From positions 1 through 27,226 of the forward strand of contig DATCIB010000155.1 of assembly GCA_036508045.1 (NCBI GenBank): DNA of 27,226 nucleotides, in the 5' to 3' direction. The notes beneath the pieces were generated by a model. The model made no database searches. It had not been told where the DNA came from and saw only the letters and a program-made list of their open reading frames with translations. Position numbers and translations under genes: made by a program. Source of the stretch: Bacteroidales bacterium. GTDB taxonomy: Bacteria; Bacteroidota; Bacteroidia; Bacteroidales; JAQUTK01. Positions 11,578 through 19,989 of this stretch are shown one piece after another (the stretch's first letter is position 1; every line of letters starts with the position of its first letter).

Positions 11578-12024
11578 TTAATTAGTTTTACCAGGAAACT
11601 CTCCTGCCACAGCTATACCCATACTTCTAGCCGTTCCGGCAACCATTGTCATTGCAGATTCTAATTCAAAACAGTTTAAGTCAACCATTTTTTCTTCTGC
11701 AATTGCACGTACCTGATCCCAAGTGATCTGAGCAACTTTCTTTCTATTTGGTTCAGCAGAACCAGACTTCAATTTAGTCGCTTCGAGCAATTGAATCGCT
11801 ACCGGTGGTGTTTTGACAATGAAATCGAAAGACTTATCAGCATAGTAGGTGATAATAACAGGTAATATTTTACCTGCTTTGTCTTGAGTTCTGGCGTTAA
11901 ATTGCTTGCAAAACTCCATGATATTCACGCCCTTAGATCCTAAAGCCGGTCCTACTGGTGGAGAAGGGTTTGCTGCACCCCCTTTGATCTGCAATTTAAT
12001 CGATCCAGCAATTTCTTTAGCCAT
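11578..12024 (-). CDS. rplK: 50S ribosomal protein uL11
   Basis: 148 aa; [15 protein letters not shown] and AGTARSMG motifs. Confidence 0.99.
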   Translation of the reverse strand: MAKEIAGSIKLQIKGGAANPSPPVGPALGSKGVNIMEFCKQFNARTQDKAGKILPVIITYYADKSFDFIVKTPPVAIQLLEATKLKSGSAEPNRKKVAQITWDQVRAIAEEKMVDLNCFELESAMTMVAGTARSMGIAVAGEFPGKTN

Positions 12025-12088
12025 TTCTAAAATGTTTAATTTATTATAATATTCGAAAAAGAACGACGGTTAAGTCGTAACACTAAAC

Positions 12089-12631
12089 CTATTCTTTTTC
12101 AACTTGAGTGAAGCCTAATTCAAGAGGAGTCTTACGTCCAAAAATCTTTACCATAACTTTCAGTTTCTTCTTCTCATTATTGACTTCCTCAATAACTCCG
12201 CTGAAGCCACTGAACGGGCCTGCATTAACCTTTACATTTTCGCCTGTGAGATATGGAATCATTACCTCTTCCTCCACATCTTTAAGTTCATCAACCTTTC
12301 CCAGGATTCTGTTTACCTCAGATTGACGAAGTGGAACTGGTTTGATGTTGCCCCCTAAAAAACCAATTACATTTGTAAGGTTACACAGTGCATGAATAGC
12401 TTCTCCATTAAGAGACGCCTCAATCAGAACATAACCAGGTAAGTAACTACGTTCTTTCATCACTTTTTTCCCATTTCTAACCTGATATACCTTTTCGGTA
12501 GGGATCAGAACCTGTGAGATATAATCACCCAAAGAGGTGTTTTTCATCTCCGCTTCAAGAGCTTCTCTTACTTTCGGTTCTTTACCACTTATAGCCCTAA
12601 GTACATACCATTTTTTTTCTATTCCTGACAT
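12089..12631 (-). CDS. nusG: Transcription termination/antitermination factor NusG
   Basis: 180 aa; WYVLRAISGKE, YLPGYVLI, KOW domain (GPFSGFSGVIEEV...IFGRKTPLEL). Confidence 0.98.
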   Translation of the reverse strand: MSGIEKKWYVLRAISGKEPKVREALEAEMKNTSLGDYISQVLIPTEKVYQVRNGKKVMKERSYLPGYVLIEASLNGEAIHALCNLTNVIGFLGGNIKPVPLRQSEVNRILGKVDELKDVEEEVMIPYLTGENVKVNAGPFSGFSGVIEEVNNEKKKLKVMVKIFGRKTPLELGFTQVEKE

Positions 12632-12647
12632 TATTACCCTCCGGATT

Positions 12648-12854
12648 TTACAGAATAGATTTATAGAAAAGAAGCATTACATTCTCAAAGCATAAATCCA
12701 TAAAGAAAACAATCATGGCAATAATAAGTGACGTAAACATCACAACCACGGCACTATTGGTTAGTTCCGGAATTGTCGGCCAGGACACTTTATAAACCAA
12801 CTCACTATAAGACTCCTTTACAGATATTCCTATTTTACTAAAAAAATTTTTCAT
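12648..12854 (-). CDS. secE: Preprotein translocase subunit SecE
   Basis: 68 aa from MKNFFSK; ELVYKVSWPT motif plus one TM segment. The ORF-track extension to 12929 overlaps tRNA-Trp and was trimmed. Confidence 0.95.
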   Translation of the reverse strand: MKNFFSKIGISVKESYSELVYKVSWPTIPELTNSAVVVMFTSLIIAMIVFFMDLCFENVMLLFYKSIL

Positions 12855-12871
12855 ATGATATATGCTGTTAG

Positions 12872-12944
12872 CACGGGTCGAGAGGCTCGAACTCCCGACA
12901 CTCGGTTTTGGAGACCGATGCTCTACCAACTGAGCTAGACCCGT
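12872..12944 (-). tRNA. tRNA-Trp(CCA)
   Basis: Acceptor stem ACGGGTC/GACCCGT; anticodon arm TCGGT-CTCCAAA-ACCGA; canonical tuf-trnW-secE position. Confidence 0.97.
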
Positions 12945-12947
12945 ATA

Positions 12948-12979
12948 TTGGTGATTGCCTTTTGACAGGTAATCACCAA
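12948..12979. other. Stem-loop between tuf and tRNA-Trp (processing or stabilising)
   Basis: TTGGTGATTGCCT-TTTGAC-AGGTAATCACCAA, 13-nt arms with one non-Watson-Crick pair; no U-tract follows on the mRNA. Confidence 0.5.
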
Positions 12980-12985
12980 ATATTA

Positions 12986-14173
12986 TTATTCTACAATTTC
13001 AGTAATCTGACCTGAACCTACTGTACGTCCACCTTCACGGATAGCGAAACGAAGACCTACACTACAAGCTACCGGGTAGATTAACTCAATAGCGATCTCT
13101 AAGTTGTCACCAGGCATAACCATTTCAGTTCCTTCCGGCAATGTGATCTCACCAGTTACATCCAAGGTACGAATATAGAACTGAGGACGGTATTTGTTGT
13201 GAAATGGAGTATGGCGTCCACCTTCTTCTTTCTTCAAGATATATACAGTTGCTTTAAGCTTAGTATGAGGTTTAACCTGACCCGGATGGCAAATGACCAT
13301 ACCGCGTTTGATTTCAGTTTTATCAACACCACGAAGCAACAAACCAACGTTATCACCAGCTTCACCACGATCAAGAAGTTTACGGAACATCTCAACACCA
13401 GTAACAACTGATTTTTTTCCTTCTGCTCCAAGACCGATGATCTGAACCTCTTCACCTACTTTTATCAAACCGGCTTCAATACGTCCGGTTGCTACAGTTC
13501 CACGACCAGTAATTGAAAATACGTCTTCGACCGGCATCAGGAATGGTTTATCAATAGCACGTGGAGGAATATCAATCCAGGTATCAACAGCATTCATCAA
13601 ATCCATTACTTTCTCTTCCCATTCTGGAACTCCATTTAAAGCGCCAAGAGCAGATCCACGGATAATAGGTGTGTTATCGCCATCAAAATCATAGAATGCA
13701 AGAAGTTCTCTCATCTCCATCTCAACCAGCTCCAACATCTCTTCATCATCAACACTATCGCACTTGTTCAGGAAAACAACCAATTTAGGAACATTTACCT
13801 GACGAGCCAACAAGATGTGTTCGCGAGTCTGAGGCATCGGACCGTCAGTAGCAGCCACTACAATAATAGCACCATCCATCTGAGCAGCACCTGTAACCAT
13901 GTTCTTCACGTAGTCAGCATGACCCGGACAGTCAACATGTGCATAGTGACGAATTGCAGTCTGATATTCAACGTGCGAAGTATTAATTGTAATACCTCTT
14001 TCTTTTTCCTCAGGAGCGTTATCGATTGAATCGAATGAACGCATTTCGGAAAGACCTTTTTTTGCTAATACCATTGTGATAGCAGCAGTCAAAGTGGTTT
14101 TACCGTGGTCTACGTGACCAATGGTACCAATGTTCACATGTGGTTTCGAACGATCAAATTTCTCTTTAGCCAT
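12986..14173 (-). CDS. tuf: Elongation factor Tu
   Basis: 395 aa; [23 protein letters not shown] GTPase motifs. Confidence 0.99.
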   Translation of the reverse strand: MAKEKFDRSKPHVNIGTIGHVDHGKTTLTAAITMVLAKKGLSEMRSFDSIDNAPEEKERGITINTSHVEYQTAIRHYAHVDCPGHADYVKNMVTGAAQMDGAIIVVAATDGPMPQTREHILLARQVNVPKLVVFLNKCDSVDDEEMLELVEMEMRELLAFYDFDGDNTPIIRGSALGALNGVPEWEEKVMDLMNAVDTWIDIPPRAIDKPFLMPVEDVFSITGRGTVATGRIEAGLIKVGEEVQIIGLGAEGKKSVVTGVEMFRKLLDRGEAGDNVGLLLRGVDKTEIKRGMVICHPGQVKPHTKLKATVYILKKEEGGRHTPFHNKYRPQFYIRTLDVTGEITLPEGTEMVMPGDNLEIAIELIYPVACSVGLRFAIREGGRTVGSGQITEIVE

Positions 14174-14224
14174 AGCTTTACTTATTTAATGTTTATAATG
14201 ATAGCAATATCTCAAATCAGCATG

Positions 14225-14296
<72 letters not shown>

Positions 14297-14301
14297 AAAA
14301 G

Positions 14302-14374
14302 AGCGGGAAACGGGACTCAAACCCGCGACCCTCAGCTTGGAAGGCTAATGCTCTATCAACTGAGCTATTCCCGC
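14302..14374 (-). tRNA. tRNA-Gly(TCC)
   Basis: Acceptor stem GCGGGAA/TTCCCGC; anticodon arm TTAGC-CTTCCAA-GCTGA; U73; T-loop reads TTTGAGT. Confidence 0.94.
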
Positions 14375-14382
14375 ATTTTTTG

Positions 14383-14464
14383 TGGGTAGTGATGGATTCG
14401 AACCACCGAAGGCGAAGCCAGCAGATTTACAGTCTGCCCCATTTGGCCACTCTGGTAACTACCC
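14383..14464 (-). tRNA. tRNA-Tyr(GTA)
   Basis: Acceptor stem GGGTAGT/ACTACCC; anticodon arm GCAGA-CTGTAAA-TCTGC; long variable arm. Confidence 0.96.
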
Positions 14465-14477
14465 GTTATTCAAACTG

Positions 14478-14551
14478 AGCCTCTTGTCGGATTCGAACCA
14501 ACGACCCCGAGATTACAAATCACGTGCTCTGGCCAACTGAGCTAAAGAGGC
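14478..14551 (-). tRNA. tRNA-Thr(TGT)
   Basis: Acceptor stem GCCTCTT/AAGAGGC; anticodon arm CGTGA-TTTGTAA-TCTCG with a U.U mismatch; first tRNA of the tufB-type Thr-Tyr-Gly-Thr cluster. Confidence 0.95.
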
Positions 14552-14591
14552 TTTTAACAACCGTTTCGCTATTTATCGAGCGAAACGGCTG

Positions 14592-14621
14592 CAAATTTAG
14601 GGATTAATTCTGAACCTCAAA
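14592..14621 (-). promoter_or_regulatory. Promoter of the tRNA-tuf-secE-nusG-rpl-rpo cluster
   Basis: TTTG (14621-14618), 18 nt, TAAATTTG(C) (14599-14592). A leader hairpin CCGTTTCGCT/AGCGAAACGG lies at 14561-14588. Confidence 0.6.
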
Positions 14622-14640
14622 AGCTTTTGACCTTATTTTT

Positions 14641-14940
14641 TTACTTTTGGCGCAATTTTTCCTTGTACTTCAACAATTGTTTCGTCAAAGCCTCGACCGA
14701 CTCATCAATCGATTCTTCAAACGTATTACTTATCTTGCTGGCAAATATATCATTGTTCGCAATAAGTAACTTGATTTGTGACTCCTTATTTTCTACAGTT
14801 TCAGGTTTAACCACTTTCAAAGTAACTTCCACTATTAATATTCCATCATAATATTGCTCCAGCTTAGACACCTTCTTAATTATAAAAGACTCCAGTTGCT
14901 GAGATGCATCAAAATGGATTGCTTTAATTTTGATTTCCAT
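14641..14940 (-). CDS. hpf: Ribosome hibernation promoting factor / RaiA (short HPF)
   Basis: 99 aa; MEIKIKAIHFDAS...FIIKKVSKLEQYY...TFEESIDESVEALTKQLLKYKEK pattern of the S30AE/RaiA family. Confidence 0.92.
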   Translation of the reverse strand: MEIKIKAIHFDASQQLESFIIKKVSKLEQYYDGILIVEVTLKVVKPETVENKESQIKLLIANNDIFASKISNTFEESIDESVEALTKQLLKYKEKLRQK

Positions 14941-14953
14941 AATTGTCTCCTTT

Positions 14954-15838
14954 TTATGCCCTTGGATGGGCCTGTTTGTACTCTTTTTTCATTTCCTCAA
15001 AAGACACATGTGTATAAATCTGTGTCGTTGAAAGCGATTCATGACCGAGTAATTCTTTCACGGAATTAATCCCGGCACCATGATTTAATAATGCGGTAGC
15101 GAACGAATGACGGATAACATGCGGGCTTCTTTTTGCAAGAGAAGTAACCAATGAAAGCTGACTCTTTACCACTTTATAGACCAGCATAGGATAAAGCATC
15201 TCTCCTTTTTCAGTAACAAAAAGAAACGGACTCTGAGCTGGAAACGACACTCTTTTCACTTCTATGTAGCTCGAAAGAGACTTTTTCAAATGGTGCCCAA
15301 ATGGAATCAGACGCTGCTTATTTCTCTTACCATTGACTTTTATCTGCATTAAATCAAAATCAATATCAGACTCTTTCAGCCCAATCAATTCTGAACATCT
15401 GGCTCCAGTCTCATAAAAGAAAGAAATTATAAGCTTATCACGCACCCCTTTGAAATCAGATGAAAAAGGAATCTCATCCAACAAACGATCCATTTCCGGT
15501 TCCTTTACAAACGATGGAAGTCTCTTCACAGCCTTCACACATTCGATTTTACTCATCGGATTGACCGTTATAGATCTTTCTTTCATTAAATAGATAAAGA
15601 AACTACGGAGAGTGCTTATCTTTCTATTCACAGAGGCAGGAGTGTAACCACTGTCCATTAGGTGAATAATCCATTCCCTTACCATCTGATAAACAAACTC
15701 TTTATTATCGGACACGCCAAATTCTTTCTCAACATAATCCCCAAACTGAACCAAGTCATTCCGATAGGAAATGACGGTGTGCGCTGAATAGCACCTTTCG
15801 TAAGTCAGGTATGTCAAAAAAGAATCTTTAAGCATCAT
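14954..15838 (-). CDS. xerC: Tyrosine recombinase, XerC-like (chromosomal)
   Basis: 294 aa; catalytic R (TGARCSE), K (GKRNKQR), HxxR (HVIRH), H (LGHES) and Y (TQIY) all intact; housekeeping rpsU-xer-hpf context. XerC versus XerD not resolvable by eye. Confidence 0.85.
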   Translation of the reverse strand: MMLKDSFLTYLTYERCYSAHTVISYRNDLVQFGDYVEKEFGVSDNKEFVYQMVREWIIHLMDSGYTPASVNRKISTLRSFFIYLMKERSITVNPMSKIECVKAVKRLPSFVKEPEMDRLLDEIPFSSDFKGVRDKLIISFFYETGARCSELIGLKESDIDFDLMQIKVNGKRNKQRLIPFGHHLKKSLSSYIEVKRVSFPAQSPFLFVTEKGEMLYPMLVYKVVKSQLSLVTSLAKRSPHVIRHSFATALLNHGAGINSVKELLGHESLSTTQIYTHVSFEEMKKEYKQAHPRA

Positions 15839-15860
15839 TCATCACTTTAGTTCTGAGCAA

Positions 15861-15891
15861 CGAATATAAGAGAAAAAAAAGAAATAAGCAA
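15861..15891 (-). promoter_or_regulatory. Putative internal promoter for xerC-hpf
   Basis: TTG (15891-15889), 20 nt, TATATTCG (15868-15861), a TAnnTTCG variant of the -7 box. Confidence 0.4.
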
Positions 15892-15902
15892 GCGAAAATA
15901 GA

Positions 15903-16094
15903 TTATTCTTCTATTCTTTGCAAATTTAGTACATACACTGCACGCTCCTTTTGGATTCTCTTAACAACAGAAGGTTTATCAAAGCACTGGCGTCTTCTGA
16001 GCTCTTTTACCACGCCGGTCTTTTCAAATTTTCTTTTGAACTTCTTCAGACATTTCTCGATGTTCTCACCTTCTTTTACAGGTACAATAATCAT
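15903..16094 (-). CDS. rpsU: 30S ribosomal protein bS21
   Basis: 63 aa; VKEGENIEKCLKKFKRK...FDKPSVVKR. Confidence 0.97.
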   Translation of the reverse strand: MIIVPVKEGENIEKCLKKFKRKFEKTGVVKELRRRQCFDKPSVVKRIQKERAVYVLNLQRIEE

Positions 16095-16140
16095 ACTCTT
16101 GTTATTTAATTATTAGTTAGTTGTTTATTATTTGAGCCTG

Positions 16141-16171
16141 CAAAAGTATCAATTGTTTGGTTATTATCAAA
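16141..16171 (-). promoter_or_regulatory. rpsU promoter
   Basis: TTTG (16171-16168), 19 nt, TACTTTTG(C) (16148-16141); full match to the Bacteroidetes consensus. Confidence 0.7.
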
Positions 16172-16265
16172 ACTTTCGGACAACAATTCTTTTAAAAAGA
16201 GATAATAGGAGTTTTTGGTTGCCTAATAATTGACAGAAAGGCTATGTTCACTCGTATATTTTGAG

Positions 16266-16273
16266 TAGATTTG
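16266..16273 (+). promoter_or_regulatory. Putative -7 box for the aminopeptidase P operon
   Basis: TAGATTTG; no clear -33 box seen. Confidence 0.4.
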
Positions 16274-16288
16274 TACTTCAAAATCTAA

Positions 16289-18085
16289 ATGTGTCAAGCA
16301 ATGAGCCTATCTAAATCGCAACAAATCGAGTCAATCCGCAAAGAAATGAGAGAAAACGGTCTGAGTGCCTATATAATTCCAAGTAGTGATCCTCATCTAA
16401 GCGAATACCCCGCTGCACATTGGAAAACCAGAGGTTGGATCAGTGGTTTTGACGGTTCTTTCGGGACGGTCATCCTAACCTTAAAAGAAGCTGCCCTATT
16501 TACAGACTCACGGTACTTTCTTCAGGCAACGAGCCAACTGAAAAATACAGAAATCATTCTTGTAAAAATGGGGCTGCCAGATTCCCCTTCTTTTGCAGAG
16601 TGGCTGACTGAGAAGCTGTCTAAAGGATCATCCGTTGGGATTGACCCGTGGGTCTATGCCGCATCAGATGCCTTAGTATTAGAGATAGCACTCCAAAAAA
16701 AAGAACTTTTCTTAAATACCAAAACCGACATCTTTTCAAATGTTTGGGAAGATAGGCCCAAACTCCCTTCAGATCCAATCTTTGTATTTCCGGTTGAATT
16801 CAGCGGTCGTTCATCTCAGGAGAAGATCAGCCAACTTCGCGAGGTTCTTGCAAAAGAAGGATGCGACTACTTACTCCTTTCTGCTTTGGATGAAATCGCC
16901 TGGACATTCAATATTCGTGGAAACGATGTGAAATACAACCCGGTAGTCATTTCATTTGCTTTGATTTCCATGGATAAAAGCATTTTGTTCATATCTCCCA
17001 CAAAAATAAACAGAGAAGACCTTAATTACTTTAAGCAGGAGGATGTACAAATAGCTGATTACAATAAGATAGCACCGTTTCTCTCCCATTTACGTGCAGG
17101 AAGCAAGATTATGCTTGACGCTTCTAAAACAAATCTCGCTCTTTACAACTCAATTTCCACAGGATGTAAAATTATAAACCAGGTTTCGCCTGCCAACAGA
17201 CTAAAATCGCTTAAGAATGAAATTGAAATAGAAGGATATAAACAGGCGATGATTTACGATGGAATTGCTTTAACCAAGTTCTTCATTTGGCTGGAAGAAA
17301 ACGTGGACAAGGGAACTGTTACAGAATACACTGTTGGAGAAATGCTGAAAGATTTCAGAAGTCAGCAGCCATATTTTGCAGGTGAAGGATTCGGAACGAT
17401 AACCGGTTATAAAGATCATGGGGCAGTAATTCACTATATTCCCACCCCGGATAACGCATATACAATTGCGCGCAATGGAACTTTATTGATAGACTCAGGC
17501 GGTCAATATTTCAAAGGAACCACAGATATCACTCGCACCATCACATTGGGTACTCCATCAGAAAAACAGAAAAAAGATTTCACTCTCATTCTCAAAGGAA
17601 ATATAGCATTGGGAACAGCGGTCTTCCCGCAAAAGACACGTGGTTCACAGATTGACATTTTGGCCCGAAAAGTAATGTGGGAAAATGGCATCAACTACTT
17701 GCATGGTACGGGGCATGGGGTCGGACACTTTCTGAATGTGCATGAAGGGCCACAAAGCATTCGCATGGAAGAAAATCCGGTAGTACTGGAACCAGGAATG
17801 GTACTATCCAATGAACCAGGGATCTACAGAAATGGAGAATATGGACTTCGCATCGAGAATATGATTCTGATCAAAGAGAAGGAGGAAACACAGTTCGGCA
17901 AGTTTTTTCAATGTGAAACGATAACTCTGTTTCCGATTGACAAGAATTTGATTGCTAAAGAGCTTCTGAATCAAGAAGAATTAAAGTGGCTGAATGACTA
18001 TCATCAGATGGTATATGACAAACTTTCTCCTTTTTTAAATGAGAAAGAAAAAGAGTGGCTCAAGAATCAAACAAGCGCTTTATGA
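16289..18085 (+). CDS. Aminopeptidase P family (M24B, Xaa-Pro aminopeptidase)
   Basis: 598 aa; creatinase-like N-domain (SSDPHLSEY...ISGFDGS); metal ligands in DSGGQY..GTTD, HGVGH..VHEGP, NEPG, RIEN. The start may be 16301 (MSLSK). Confidence 0.95.
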   Translation: MCQAMSLSKSQQIESIRKEMRENGLSAYIIPSSDPHLSEYPAAHWKTRGWISGFDGSFGTVILTLKEAALFTDSRYFLQATSQLKNTEIILVKMGLPDSPSFAEWLTEKLSKGSSVGIDPWVYAASDALVLEIALQKKELFLNTKTDIFSNVWEDRPKLPSDPIFVFPVEFSGRSSQEKISQLREVLAKEGCDYLLLSALDEIAWTFNIRGNDVKYNPVVISFALISMDKSILFISPTKINREDLNYFKQEDVQIADYNKIAPFLSHLRAGSKIMLDASKTNLALYNSISTGCKIINQVSPANRLKSLKNEIEIEGYKQAMIYDGIALTKFFIWLEENVDKGTVTEYTVGEMLKDFRSQQPYFAGEGFGTITGYKDHGAVIHYIPTPDNAYTIARNGTLLIDSGGQYFKGTTDITRTITLGTPSEKQKKDFTLILKGNIALGTAVFPQKTRGSQIDILARKVMWENGINYLHGTGHGVGHFLNVHEGPQSIRMEENPVVLEPGMVLSNEPGIYRNGEYGLRIENMILIKEKEETQFGKFFQCETITLFPIDKNLIAKELLNQEELKWLNDYHQMVYDKLSPFLNEKEKEWLKNQTSAL

Positions 18086-19434
18086 AACAGCTACTGATTT
18101 TCACATTCTTGATTATTTTCTTTGTATTTCAAGCTAGAGGCGAAAGATCGGATGGGTATCGTATTGAAATAAAGTGTCCTCAATTACGTGAGCAGAAGCT
18201 CGTTCTATGGGAGTGCATCGGCGGGAAGCTCTTGTCTATCGATACACTGACCACCGACAAACGGGGACATGGCATTTTTGAAGGAGACAATTCACTAAAA
18301 GATCGTTTCTGTTTTATCAAACTACCTCCGTCGCTCAGTTATGATATCCTTGTCGGGGATGAACAGAAGATGACAATCAGTATGGACACTTCCCGCTTAG
18401 ATGATACCCGCATCAAAGGTGCTAGGGAATCATCTCTCTTTGCCGCATTTAAGAGCCTTCTAAGCAAACAAAAAGAAATAAAAGAGTCTCTTACAGAGGA
18501 GATAAGCATTGCCCAAAATGAAAAGAAGAAACAAGCATTAGTCAAAAAGGTCAAGGAAATTGACCGAAAGATTCTCTCCTCTATGAATATGATCATTAAC
18601 GAAAATAAAGGGAGTTTTTTGACTACGTTTATTAAAGCAATTATTGCTCCTTCCAATACAGAATCGGAAGACTATTTTGTTTCTATTGATCTGGGTGATG
18701 AACGACTATGGAACACTCTTTTCGTGCCACAGAAGGTCGATCGATGGTTAAGAATGCAACTCGCAAAACAGCCGGAATTGTTTGAACAGAAATGCGTATG
18801 GTTGATAAATAAAGCGAACAGTAACAAGCTTTGTGAACGTTATCTGATAGAAAAGATTTTCGTTTTTGCTGAAGAAAGTCCCTTAGTCGAGATGGAAAAT
18901 GTGCGTTACTACTTAGAAGAAAAGTACTTGCCTCAGCTTGAAAAGGAATTCCCTTTCGAACCTTTCGTATTGAGAATGGGCGAAGAAAAGGAGCGAATCC
19001 GCTATTGCCGCATCGGACAGATTGCCAAACCGCTCTATTTATATGATCTCAACAACAATCCCATACAAACAGATACTATTAAAGCCACCCATTTGGTCTT
19101 GTTCTTTTACGAGCCGGACTGTGCTCATTGCCTTGAGTCTGTACCTATAATATATAAGGAGGGATTTGAACGGTTTAATCAAGCGGGATTGAAAGTAGTC
19201 GCTGTCTGCTTGAGTGATCTCAAAGAAGACTGGGAGGCATTTATTGATCAACAGGGGTGTAATAAATGGATCAATGCGTGGGATCCGGAGCGAACGTCCT
19301 ATTTCTGGGAATACTATGACATATCACGTACACCTGCTATCTATCTTTTGGACAACAAAGGAACAATCATCGCTAAAAATATCGAAGCGCAAACATTAAT
19401 CAAATTATTAAATAATATCTATTCAACAAATTAG
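18082..19434 (+). CDS. Exported thioredoxin-like (TlpA/AhpC-TSA) redoxin with N-terminal DUF-type domains (DUF4369/DUF5106-like)
   Basis: Start trimmed to MKQLLIFTFLIIFF (signal peptide; ATGA overlap with the peptidase stop), 450 aa. C-terminal FYEPDCAHC CxxC motif and TPAIYLLD cis-Pro region. The DUF names are from recall, not a search. Confidence 0.75.
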   Translation: MKQLLIFTFLIIFFVFQARGERSDGYRIEIKCPQLREQKLVLWECIGGKLLSIDTLTTDKRGHGIFEGDNSLKDRFCFIKLPPSLSYDILVGDEQKMTISMDTSRLDDTRIKGARESSLFAAFKSLLSKQKEIKESLTEEISIAQNEKKKQALVKKVKEIDRKILSSMNMIINENKGSFLTTFIKAIIAPSNTESEDYFVSIDLGDERLWNTLFVPQKVDRWLRMQLAKQPELFEQKCVWLINKANSNKLCERYLIEKIFVFAEESPLVEMENVRYYLEEKYLPQLEKEFPFEPFVLRMGEEKERIRYCRIGQIAKPLYLYDLNNNPIQTDTIKATHLVLFFYEPDCAHCLESVPIIYKEGFERFNQAGLKVVAVCLSDLKEDWEAFIDQQGCNKWINAWDPERTSYFWEYYDISRTPAIYLLDNKGTIIAKNIEAQTLIKLLNNIYSTN

Positions 19435-19438
19435 AAAT

Positions 19439-19981
19439 ATGGCACTTATAAAATCTGTCAGAGGCTTCACTCCCCAAATTGGGGCCAACTGCTATATTGC
19501 CGAAAACGCAACAATCGTAGGTGATGTTACAATAGGAAATGACTGCAGCCTGTGGTTTAACACAGTACTTCGCGGGGATGTAAACACAATCAGAATCGGC
19601 AATCGGGTAAATATTCAGGATGGAGCAGTATTGCACACCCTCTACGAGAAGTCGGTCATTGAGATTGGAAACGATGTGACTATCGCACATAATGTGACCA
19701 TCCATGGAGCAGATATCAAAGATGGAGCTCTGGTAGGTATCGGAGCTACAGTTCTGGATCATGCAGTGATCGGAGAAGGGGCGATAATTGCAGCAGGAGC
19801 TCTGATTCTTGCAAACACGATTGTTGAACCCGGAAGTATCTATGCAGGAGTTCCTGCCCGATTTGTAAAGAAAGTAGATCCGCAACAATCAAAAGAGTTA
19901 AACCAGAAGATTGCAAATAATTATCTTATGTACGCATCCTGGTACGACAAAGAAGAGACAAAGGAGGAGGAGAAGAAATAG
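19439..19981 (+). CDS. Gamma carbonic anhydrase family protein (YrdA/CaiE-like, left-handed beta-helix)
   Basis: 180 aa; hexapeptide repeats, LRGDVN, NIQDG, three metal-binding His (LHT, AHN, IHG). Confidence 0.92.
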   Translation: MALIKSVRGFTPQIGANCYIAENATIVGDVTIGNDCSLWFNTVLRGDVNTIRIGNRVNIQDGAVLHTLYEKSVIEIGNDVTIAHNVTIHGADIKDGALVGIGATVLDHAVIGEGAIIAAGALILANTIVEPGSIYAGVPARFVKKVDPQQSKELNQKIANNYLMYASWYDKEETKEEEKK

Positions 19982-19989
19982 AGCCTTTT

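Noticed and set aside
12063-12078. Small hairpin before rplK as an L1-binding leader or terminator
   Set aside because: Only 5 bp, and no recognisable L1-site motif; cannot be supported without a covariance model.
12855-12929. N-terminal extension of SecE
   Set aside because: It reads through tRNA-Trp; the real start is 12854.
14954-15838. Tyrosine recombinase near a tRNA cluster as a prophage or island integrase
   Set aside because: It has XerC/D size and motifs and sits between rpsU and hpf; no duplicated tRNA 3' end or cargo genes are visible.
15873-15880. A8 tract in the putative xerC promoter spacer as a phase-variation switch (also A8/T8 runs at 940-947, 12611-12618, 16695-16702)
   Set aside because: Runs of 8 are common in AT-rich DNA and short for efficient slippage; all reading frames are intact.
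19400-19888. 162-aa antisense ORF over the gamma-CA gene
   Set aside because: A shadow of the periodic hexapeptide codon pattern; no recognisable motifs.
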